Source of the DNA: an uncultured Clostridia bacterium
Lineage (GTDB): Bacteria; Bacillota; Clostridia; Oscillospirales; CAG-272
DNA length: 64,000 bases
Assembly: GCA_944381085.1 (NCBI GenBank)
Contig: CALWJX010000004.1
Coordinates: forward strand, 27,136-91,135
Direction: 5' to 3'
Shown: positions 19,029 through 26,690 of the stretch, piece by piece
How the letters are laid out: every line of letters starts with the position of its first letter
How positions within the stretch are numbered: the stretch's first letter is position 1
Position numbers and translations under genes: made by a program
The notes under the pieces: model-generated
What the model was told of the DNA's origin: nothing
Database searches by the model: none
What the model saw: only the letters and a program-made list of their open reading frames with translations

Positions 19029-21137
19029 ATGAAAAAAAGCATATGTCTTTTGCTGATAATCGCGTTTACGCTGTTAACGGCATGTAATTACGACACGGAT
19101 TCAGGTACAGGGTCCTCATCGTCGGACACAACCCGGCAAAGCGAGGAAACCACCGGGGAAAACGACGCTCATAATACGGAAGATGTAAACGTACCGGGAA
19201 ATCTTTCCCCCATATACAAAGAAAAGACCACGACTATGGACGGTTCAGTGCTTATAGACGGAATGACGCTGAAGGTTACATACAAATCCGAATTTTACGG
19301 ACATGACAGCGCGATTGACCGGGATTTCGTACAGTACGGCTGGAATTTCGATGAGGTCAGTATGGACTTTACTCCCGTAGACGGCTTTATGCTCGGAGAA
19401 TTTTGCGGGGAACTGTACGCAGATATACTCACATACGGCGAAGGAGTATTGAAAATAGACGAAGTATCTCTGAAAAACCGTCTTCCCAACAAAACAATAT
19501 TCGGAGACGTCAAGTCCACATATTCAATCAAAAGTTCCTCTGAGTTTGAAGTCGGTATCAACGGTACTCTGAGAGGCGTCGGAGACTTCGACGGAAACGG
19601 ATATAACGACGTTCTGACAGTCACCGAAAACGGAGAAATATACATAGGCTTCGGAGACGCTGACGGTTTTGTCTTCAAATATATGCGCCATACCGACCAT
19701 AAACCCGCCGAATTGTTTGCGGGATATGTAAACGGGGACGGCTTCTGCGATATCATAATTATTGACGGAGAATCGGTGACGGTCATGTATTTTGACGGCG
19801 AGAACTCATTCACCGAAAGCGACTCATATGTTCTTCCCTTTTACGACAACACCTCGTCGGTTTACGTCGGAGACATAAACAACGACAAAAACGCCGATAT
19901 TGTACTGCTCAAAACAGCGGACGGCTCATCAACCGTTACAAGTCTTTTCGGACGGGGCGACGGAACCTTCGGTCCTCACGAAAATGAGTACGGGAATACC
20001 AATCTTTACGCCGAGTATACAACCGACGTTTTACTCGAATATATCGCAATAGGAGACATGACCGGAGACGGTGTTCCGGATATTCTCGCGAAAGACAGTC
20101 AGAATCAGATGCGCCTTTATATTTCCGCCGACGAGCCTGCGTATGACTATTCTCTTTTCGGTATGAAGAGAGGGGACGGATATATCCTTTACTCGGGAGG
20201 CAGATGGTACGACCAATCCGACGCCGTGAAAAACAGTCTGTTGGGTGACGGAGTAGGCGACGGAGACCATGTAATGGTATATTTTTCGGATGACGGTATA
20301 AATTACGACAGATATATTGACAAGCCGATGTTTTACCTCGGACGCGAGCTTGGAATCGAAGACGAATGGTGGATTGAGAATACGCTTGAACCCGAGGTAA
20401 TCTATGTAGACGGAGTATATCATATGTTCTGGCAGTGCAGCGGATGGACAAAAAGCGGCTATTACGGAGACATGCTCGGATATGCGTCCTCAACCGACGG
20501 AATAAACTTTACAAGAAAGACTGACAGCCCCATAATTGTTCCGTCAAGCGGAAAGGAATATACGGATTTTGACATTGAGATCGGCTTCAATCACGAAGAG
20601 GTCATTTATGTTCCGGATGATCCGGACGGAAAATGCTTCTGGCTTTACACCGGTCATTTCATAGACGATACATGGAGAGGGTACGTGCTTATACGTTCGT
20701 CCGACCCTACGGAATTTTGCTGGGACGAGCGGGAAAGTATAAACGGCATGTCCCAGATAGGTAATCAGATAGGCTACATAAGCGACTTTGACGGATGCGG
20801 CAACAGACTATTTGTCAGAATTACTTTTTCGGATTATACCGACGATGCCGGAACGCGCAGCCTGCCGGCACTTCAGTTTTCCTATGACGGCAGAAACTGG
20901 TCCAAAGCATGTGTTTATCTTGCCGGAACCGACACATCGGAACCCACCGCCGTAAATAACACAAATTCATATTTTCTGGGATTCGCCACTATAGATGGTA
21001 CGGGAGAGATCGAAAAAAATGACGACGGTTCATACAAGCTCATATATTTTGCCACAACCGCCAACTCTTCCGGCGCCCCGGATATATTCGAAGCCGAAGC
21101 GGGCGTGGGAGTTATGAACTTTACAATTACTTACTGA
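19029..21137 (+). CDS. lipoprotein with FG-GAP/VCBS-like repeats and a C-terminal beta-propeller glycoside-hydrolase-like domain
   Basis: Lipobox TLLTACN. Repeats GDFDGNGYNDVL, GYVNGDGFCDIIII, GDINNDKNADIVLL, GDMTGDGVPDIL. The C-terminal EPEVIYVDGVYHMFWQ...GYASSTDGINFTRK pattern resembles GH43/GH130-type propellers. Confidence 0.65.
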   Translation: MKKSICLLLIIAFTLLTACNYDTDSGTGSSSSDTTRQSEETTGENDAHNTEDVNVPGNLSPIYKEKTTTMDGSVLIDGMTLKVTYKSEFYGHDSAIDRDFVQYGWNFDEVSMDFTPVDGFMLGEFCGELYADILTYGEGVLKIDEVSLKNRLPNKTIFGDVKSTYSIKSSSEFEVGINGTLRGVGDFDGNGYNDVLTVTENGEIYIGFGDADGFVFKYMRHTDHKPAELFAGYVNGDGFCDIIIIDGESVTVMYFDGENSFTESDSYVLPFYDNTSSVYVGDINNDKNADIVLLKTADGSSTVTSLFGRGDGTFGPHENEYGNTNLYAEYTTDVLLEYIAIGDMTGDGVPDILAKDSQNQMRLYISADEPAYDYSLFGMKRGDGYILYSGGRWYDQSDAVKNSLLGDGVGDGDHVMVYFSDDGINYDRYIDKPMFYLGRELGIEDEWWIENTLEPEVIYVDGVYHMFWQCSGWTKSGYYGDMLGYASSTDGINFTRKTDSPIIVPSSGKEYTDFDIEIGFNHEEVIYVPDDPDGKCFWLYTGHFIDDTWRGYVLIRSSDPTEFCWDERESINGMSQIGNQIGYISDFDGCGNRLFVRITFSDYTDDAGTRSLPALQFSYDGRNWSKACVYLAGTDTSEPTAVNNTNSYFLGFATIDGTGEIEKNDDGSYKLIYFATTANSSGAPDIFEAEAGVGVMNFTITY

Positions 21138-21317
21138 AAAATCAGCATTGATTTTATTAAAAACCGGCTTATCCAAAGTTATAAAAGCACATTTACCGCG
21201 AGGTATTACGCCGGAAAAACTTCGTTGAAAATCAACACTATCCCTGTAACCGTACCCGAAAAACAAGCATCAACGGGCGAGTTACGGGCAGAACATCTTA
21301 TATAATAAACAGCAAAA

Positions 21318-21349
21318 ACAAGGTCAATTGTCTTGGCCTTGTTTTTTTG
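21318..21349 (+). terminator. Rho-independent terminator
   Basis: ACAAGGTCAA (21318-21327) pairs with TTGGCCTTGT (21333-21342, one G-U pair), followed by TTTTTTT. Confidence 0.7.
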
Positions 21350-21364
21350 TTTCCGCATAAATAT

Positions 21365-21396
<32 letters not shown>

Positions 21397-21463
21397 TTTG
21401 CTAATCCGTTATGTCGGAATTTATTGCTCCGCGGTGCAAATTGAATATGAGACGTAAATCAAC

Positions 21464-22348
21464 TTATAAAAATTCATTTCTGTGCGAGTGAAAAAAATCA
21501 AAATAAACTCTGACATTTTCAAGCTCATTCCAGCTTTTTATTCCTGCCGGGACACTGTCCAAGTCATAAATCAAAGAGTCCTTCATTGCAAGCAAAAAGG
21601 GAGAATGAGTGGCTATAATAAATTGACAACCGTAAAACCTGACAGAATCTTCTATAAATTTTGCCAGCTTCAGCTGCATGGAGGGAGAAAGACTGTTTTC
21701 AGGCTCGTCAAGAATATAGAGAGCGTTTTCCCCGATTTTTCCGGTAAAATACGCGAAAGCGCTTTCACCGTTTGAATTTGTCCTCAGATTTTTCGGCAGC
21801 TTCTCATTTGTGTAAGCAGACATGGTCATACGTCTCGCCTTATTACGTTCCTTAAGTTCTTCATAATCGTCAAGACTTTTAAGGCTGAACCCGTCGCTGT
21901 ACTTTTTTTCAAGATAATCGCCGAAAATCTGTTCCCTTTTCCGGTCCACACCCATATTGATAGAGCGTACATCAAGCATAAAATCAAAAACATCGTCGCT
22001 CCGTATAAAGCAGCTCTCCTTCGGGAGGTTTTTCCCGTACGCAAGCCGAAAATCACATAATTTCAGGTAATCTTCAAAATACGGAGTATAATTAAGCGGC
22101 GCGCCGCTCTCAAGACTCAGCTTTTCGGCAATGACATTCAGCAGCGTTGATTTTCCGGAGCCGTTCCCGCCATATATCAAAGTAAGCGCGTCAAAGCGCA
22201 TCTCGGAAATTTCTTTATTCGGAAAAATACCGAAAGGATATACATCGTTTGAAAAGCAGGTCATGGAGCTTCTCGGAGAGTCATATGACAAAATAAAATT
22301 GTCCTCCCGCATTCTGTCGGGCAAACTGAATTTATCAAGATACACCAT
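21464..22348 (-). CDS. ABC-type/AAA family ATPase (COG3910-like) with no fused effector domain
   Basis: Walker A GGNGSGKSTLLNVIAEKL, Walker B and D-loop LYILDEPENSLSP, H-loop ATHSPFLL. The likely start is ATG 22348 (MVYLDKF). Confidence 0.8.
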   Translation of the reverse strand: MVYLDKFSLPDRMREDNFILSYDSPRSSMTCFSNDVYPFGIFPNKEISEMRFDALTLIYGGNGSGKSTLLNVIAEKLSLESGAPLNYTPYFEDYLKLCDFRLAYGKNLPKESCFIRSDDVFDFMLDVRSINMGVDRKREQIFGDYLEKKYSDGFSLKSLDDYEELKERNKARRMTMSAYTNEKLPKNLRTNSNGESAFAYFTGKIGENALYILDEPENSLSPSMQLKLAKFIEDSVRFYGCQFIIATHSPFLLAMKDSLIYDLDSVPAGIKSWNELENVRVYFDFFHSHRNEFL

Positions 22349-22424
22349 AATAAACTCTTTCCGGCAAAACCACACCCGATATATCAGGTATGAATTTATC
22401 GCTCAAATACATGTAACCCCGAGG

Positions 22425-23240
22425 TCATTTGCGTTTGAGCTTGCCTATCACCTTTCCGCAGCAGATAACCTCGCTGAAATTTTTCAGAAGTATCGGAGGA
22501 TATTCGGGATTGAGGGAGATAAGCCTGTCGCCCCCGTATTTTTTAAAATATCCGTCCCCGTCAAGCACAAATATACCGAGTTCTCCGTATTCCACCGAAT
22601 CGCTCTCCTGGACAAGCAGTATGTCCCCGTCCCGATATTTCGGCTCCATGCTGTTCCCTTTTATTCTGAGGGCGAAATCGGCGTTCCTTGTCTGGGAATT
22701 GTCGGGAATGTTGATTATTACCGAATCATTATCGGTAAGATAAACTCCCGTGCCGGCCGAAACCGGCATATCGTAAAGGTCTATCTGTCTCCGCGCGAAA
22801 TCGTGAACGTCCCTGACCGCGTGTCCCCGGCTTATCACTTTGGGCACCGACGCGGCGATGCGCGAGCTTCTGGGCACGGTAAAATAATTATCCGGCATAC
22901 TCGTCTCACACACCCGTTCGTATTCTTTATTCAGCACTATCGTAACTATCTCTTTGCCGTGCTTGTCAAGCTTTCTATAATTCTCGACAAGACTTATTTC
23001 GCCGTCGTCAAGTGTATAGTTATTTGTATTTTCGGGAATTCCGGTAAGTATATAATCCACGGAACACTCAAGCGCCCCGCAAATCGCCACAATGTTTGAC
23101 AGCTTCGGCGAGTCGCTTATCCCGGCAAGAATTTTTGAGAGCGTTCCCAACGGTATGCCCGTAGCCTTCGACAACATCTCGTTTGTAATTCTTTTTTCGT
23201 TTTTCAGATGTTTTATTCTGTCTATATATGTATATTCCAT
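22425..23240 (-). CDS. XRE-family HTH repressor fused to an S24 LexA/CI-like self-cleaving peptidase domain
   Basis: N-terminal HTH (ITNEMLSKATGIPLGTLSKILAG). A putative cleavage region at VSAGTG. The catalytic Ser lies in IKGNSMEP and the Lys in GYFKKY. Confidence 0.85.
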   Translation of the reverse strand: MEYTYIDRIKHLKNEKRITNEMLSKATGIPLGTLSKILAGISDSPKLSNIVAICGALECSVDYILTGIPENTNNYTLDDGEISLVENYRKLDKHGKEIVTIVLNKEYERVCETSMPDNYFTVPRSSRIAASVPKVISRGHAVRDVHDFARRQIDLYDMPVSAGTGVYLTDNDSVIINIPDNSQTRNADFALRIKGNSMEPKYRDGDILLVQESDSVEYGELGIFVLDGDGYFKKYGGDRLISLNPEYPPILLKNFSEVICCGKVIGKLKRK

Positions 23241-23272
23241 GCCTTGCCCCTTTCAGTTCCGATTTTGGTATT

Positions 23273-23301
23273 ATTATATCACAAATTTTCCGTTTTGTAA
23301 A
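23273..23301 (-). promoter_or_regulatory. SigA-type promoter for the repressor-ATPase operon
   Basis: On the minus strand: TTTACA (23301-23296), a 17-nt spacer, then TATAAT (23278-23273). Confidence 0.55.
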
Positions 23302-23341
23302 TGGGTTTAGAAATATTTTTTCTGAATTTTCAAAAAATCCC

Positions 23342-23378
23342 TTGACAAATGTCATTTTTGGTGATATAATGTTGTCAA
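23342..23378 (+). promoter_or_regulatory. consensus SigA-type promoter overlapped by TGACA/TGTCA operator-like half-sites
   Basis: TTGACA (23342-23347), a 17-nt spacer, then TATAAT (23365-23370). The palindrome TGACAAATGTCA (23343-23354) overlaps the -35 box, and the inverted TTGTCAA (23372-23378) lies just after the -10 box. Confidence 0.6.
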
Positions 23379-23534
23379 ATAAGTCCCAAAACGCATTTTT
23401 TTGAGTATTTTTTGATGATATTTTTCCGTTAACGGAAACAAAGATCGCCAATCGCCCAATGAATTGCGTTTGATTGTTAACCGGATATGTTGTTAATGTC
23501 AATCAAAAGACATTCTGCGAAAGGAACATCTGAA

Positions 23535-23855
23535 ATGAACACATCATATAATATCAACAACGAAAAAACCGAGGAAAAAAGAATCAGGCGTTTTCCCTCT
23601 GTGGAAATACACAAAGGGTTTATAAATTTTATATGCAGTCTGATCAGAATCATAACGTGCGAAACCGCGGTTAAAATAGAGAAGGTCTCGCTTGCAATCG
23701 CGGGTTTTATAGGCTTTTTCGGCGTAATGGGCGGAGTAGAGAGCGGGACTATCGGTCTCGGCGCGGGAATGTTTCTATTTGCCGTCATAACATTTTCGGA
23801 GATAATTGTCCTGAGAAGTATCTCAAAATATGACGACAGCCGACGCAAAGGATAA
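23535..23855 (+). CDS. small two-TM membrane protein, function unknown
   Basis: Start at ATG 23535 (MNTSYNINNEK). Two hydrophobic helices (VSLAIAGFIGFFGVMGGV and IGLGAGMFLFAVITFSEIIVL). It is transcribed divergently from the S24 repressor. Confidence 0.45.
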   Translation: MNTSYNINNEKTEEKRIRRFPSVEIHKGFINFICSLIRIITCETAVKIEKVSLAIAGFIGFFGVMGGVESGTIGLGAGMFLFAVITFSEIIVLRSISKYDDSRRKG

Positions 23856-24111
23856 ATAACGGGATTTATTGGAAAATCAGACGTCGGGGAGTTACTAACA
23901 GAACTCTCATAGTTGACAACATTCCCCGAATATATACATATATACTTAAAGTCGTTTAGTTACAAAAAATCTCCCGGCTAATTAGTGAGATTCTCAGAAA
24001 TCACCCAACAGCTCGCTCTCATAAGTGAATTTACTTGTAGGGCGAAGGCTTGCTCTCGCCGCAAACAAGAATCCCCCTGCAGAATTTTTAAAATCTGTAG
24101 GGGGTTGTCTG

Positions 24112-24435
24112 TTATTTTTCCGCTATAAATGTCCAGTGTTCAGAAATACTTTCAGGCATCATCTGAGACAAGGTATCGGCATCTCTGATAAGATTTATGT
24201 TTCCAAAGTGGAAGAAAAAGAACTCTCCCTTTCCGTCATTGTATCCCAGCTGAAATTCCAATTCTTTCTTGAAATAGGGAAATACCGGTTTTAACCGTTC
24301 GTCAATTGCCCAAACAAAAGACGAATCGTGATTGGAAATACAATTGATAATCCACTCTTCTTGCTCCTCGAACCAAGCCCAAAAGTTCTTGCCGGCTAAT
24401 TCATCCATACTTTTTTTAGAAAAAATCGAAAACAT
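24112..24435 (-). CDS. hypothetical protein (107 aa)
   Basis: The ORF has a plausible globular composition (MFSIFSKKSMDELAGKNFWAWFEEQEEW...). I recognise no family. Confidence 0.45.
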   Translation of the reverse strand: MFSIFSKKSMDELAGKNFWAWFEEQEEWIINCISNHDSSFVWAIDERLKPVFPYFKKELEFQLGYNDGKGEFFFFHFGNINLIRDADTLSQMMPESISEHWTFIAEK

Positions 24436-24557
24436 ATTTTATTCTCCCATAAAAATTTATTTATCACCGGTTTCGTCTTTGTTCTACAAATGCTTCGGAC
24501 AAAGCCAATATCCCTTATGCGGCGGGAGCGAGTCCCCGTCCCAATGTAATTATCATT

Positions 24558-24595
24558 ATAACACAAATCGGCAGAGAAAACAAGTTCTCTGCCGA
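24558..24595 (-). terminator. probable terminator of spoIIP
   Basis: TCGGCAGAGA (24568-24577) pairs with TCTCTGCCGA (24586-24595). On the minus strand the hairpin is followed by TTTGTGTT. Confidence 0.5.
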
Positions 24596-24699
24596 AATTT
24601 TCGTGTCACCATATTTTCCGTTAAGAACAGCCAAGAAAGCAATACGCATTTGTTTCCTTTATTTTGGAAATACGCGCGGTAACAACAGGATAAAATTTT

Positions 24700-25980
24700 T
24701 TACCTTCCGTATTTTATTATATCCGAAAGCGCGTCTCCGAACACCTCCGCAGCCGCCAACGCTTCGTCAAGCGTATTCCCGCAGCTGCCCATATCCACGG
24801 TGAGGTAATAATAAGAATGTTTGCTGTTAAATTCCGATCCGCTAAGCACGACCGGCCTGCAGATCCTCAGACTGTCGCCATTTATCTTTTGTCTGAGCTT
24901 AAGCGCCAATGACAGATTATCTTCCCATTCGCTCTGCTCTCCGGCGCTTACAGTTATCCTCAGCTGAGCGCACTCTGCCGACCCCGTATAGCTTTCGGTC
25001 CTTATAATGTTTCCGTCTTCGTCCATTTCAGATGAGCGGTGTATGTCTATAATATACTTAATTGAGGGATACATCTCAAGCATCCACTCTATTGTCTGTT
25101 CGGCTCTCTTATAGGAATCCACATTGCTGTCCCCGTCATGAATTACGGTACAGTGTACTGCCGGTACGCCGTTAAGATTCAGAATATTTACCGTTTGCTC
25201 ACCTGCCGCCACGACGGTTTCGGTGCCGTAAGGACTTTTAATCCCCTCATTGCTCAGAAAAACTTTTTTTCCGTCCGCGCTGTAAGCCTCACATGTATGA
25301 GTATGGAGCACAAGAACCAAAGGATATTCGCTGCCCTCATTATACATATACGGAATATCCTTACCGGCAAGGTATTCGGTATCGGGTCTGTACAGCGTAT
25401 TGTTATTTATGTAATATACGCCCTTCTCGGATTCCGATAAATCCGCGTCGGTCACGGGAATATACTGCCCGGAAATTTCTTCCTGCGAACCGCTCTGACT
25501 TTCGGTTTCAGAAGGAATTTCGCTTTCCCCGTCCGTCACCTGCGCTTCGGTATCCGAGTCTTCCGCACTTCCGGTCTCAAAAATTCCTCCGCTTTCTGCC
25601 TCTGTAGGTCTTTCACTGCCCGGTTCCGTGACAGAATCCGTCTGAGGCTCGGTAACGGAGACCTCCGATCCGTCCGTACTGTCTCCTGTCACACCGTTAT
25701 ATCCGTTATCATTATTATCAGGCACATAAAAGCCGAACTTGAGTGCCTTATTCACAAGAAAGGCTGAGACCGAACCGAAAATCCCGCCGTCCGATTTAAA
25801 ACTGTCAATATTTTTAGGTAAAATAAATGAAAAGAAAAAAATCGTCATCAATATAAGCGCCGACACGCTCGCGACAAGGGAAACATTTGAAAAACTTTTC
25901 TCGCTCCGGCATTGCGACTTTCCCGAAAATTCCTTTACATCCCGCGCCGCATTATTATTTGTCAGTTCCTTTCCCTCCAT
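24700..25980 (-). CDS. spoIIP: stage II sporulation protein P
   Basis: N-terminal membrane anchor, a long acidic S/E/T-rich linker, and SpoIIP motifs LVLHTHTCEAY and IDIHRS. Confidence 0.85.
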   Translation of the reverse strand: MEGKELTNNNAARDVKEFSGKSQCRSEKSFSNVSLVASVSALILMTIFFFSFILPKNIDSFKSDGGIFGSVSAFLVNKALKFGFYVPDNNDNGYNGVTGDSTDGSEVSVTEPQTDSVTEPGSERPTEAESGGIFETGSAEDSDTEAQVTDGESEIPSETESQSGSQEEISGQYIPVTDADLSESEKGVYYINNNTLYRPDTEYLAGKDIPYMYNEGSEYPLVLVLHTHTCEAYSADGKKVFLSNEGIKSPYGTETVVAAGEQTVNILNLNGVPAVHCTVIHDGDSNVDSYKRAEQTIEWMLEMYPSIKYIIDIHRSSEMDEDGNIIRTESYTGSAECAQLRITVSAGEQSEWEDNLSLALKLRQKINGDSLRICRPVVLSGSEFNSKHSYYYLTVDMGSCGNTLDEALAAAEVFGDALSDIIKYGR

Positions 25981-26340
25981 TGAAATAACCGTCCTTTCGT
26001 TGTTCTATCTCTGAAATCCAGCATTTAAATTTTAACCGCATTATTTACTGTCTATAGTAATATATTAACTCAAGGTTTCCTTTATTACCCGGATGAAATT
26101 TCTTTGCGGTAACCTTTATTAAATACTCCTTATAATATAATCCCGTACCGCGGAATAGTTTTACTCAAAATTTACAAAAAATACATTAAAAAATTGTATA
26201 GACCGTTGTTTTGTTCAAAAATTTAGTTTATAATTATACTATATATTTTGCTTTGCTTTATTTGCATGTGATTTTTGCACAAAGAAGAATCCCGGGAATT
26301 GTGCATATATACGAATATTGATTTATACGATATTCATCTC

Positions 26341-26369
26341 TTGATTAATCGGGTTGTTTGTGCTATAAT
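26341..26369 (+). promoter_or_regulatory. SigA-type promoter for the binding-protein gene leader
   Basis: TTGATT (26341-26346), a 17-nt spacer, then TATAAT (26364-26369). Confidence 0.55.
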
Positions 26370-26375
26370 GTATGT

Positions 26376-26690
26376 AGTATGACCTTCTGAATTCAGACAT
26401 CGACCGCCGTTTTTTTCAAGGCAGGTTGCCGGTTGCTTTTAATAAATAAAGGAAGCAACTCAAGTCCGGTTCCGTGTCCACTGTTCTGACGTCGGATTCG
26501 GCTCAATATTTTATGCAAGTCCCCGGAATTTGTTGAAAGCACCGGCTTGCGGCGGCAGCTTTATTTCCCGACAGGAGTCGGAAGTGGGCTGTTTTGCTGT
26601 TTTCAAGTCCCATTGCAGATTTACGGGATTTGACAGCGCTTCAGTGCTGTCAAAAAAACTTTCTTTTTCACGAGGAGGAAACAATCCATT
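26376..26690 (+). promoter_or_regulatory. long structured 5' leader with a recurring CAAGUCC motif; class not recognised
   Basis: About 315 nt separate the predicted -10 box from the start codon. CAAGTCC occurs at 26461, 26516 and 26604, and CAAGGC at 26417. Several hairpins are present, including TTTGACAGCGC/GTGCTGTCAAA at 26629-26654. The RBS AGGAGG is at 26673-26678. Confidence 0.4.

Noticed and set aside
22131-23099. 322-aa plus-strand ORF spanning the ATPase-repressor junction
   Set aside because: It is antisense to two genes with clear Walker and S24 motifs, and it runs across their intergenic gap. Its composition is typical of a shadow ORF.
26629-26654. The terminal hairpin of the 26.4-26.7 kb leader as a classical transcription attenuator
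   Set aside because: The stem is followed by AAAAAAAC rather than a U-tract, so the T-rich run comes too late. It is kept only as a structural element of the leader, not annotated as a terminator.
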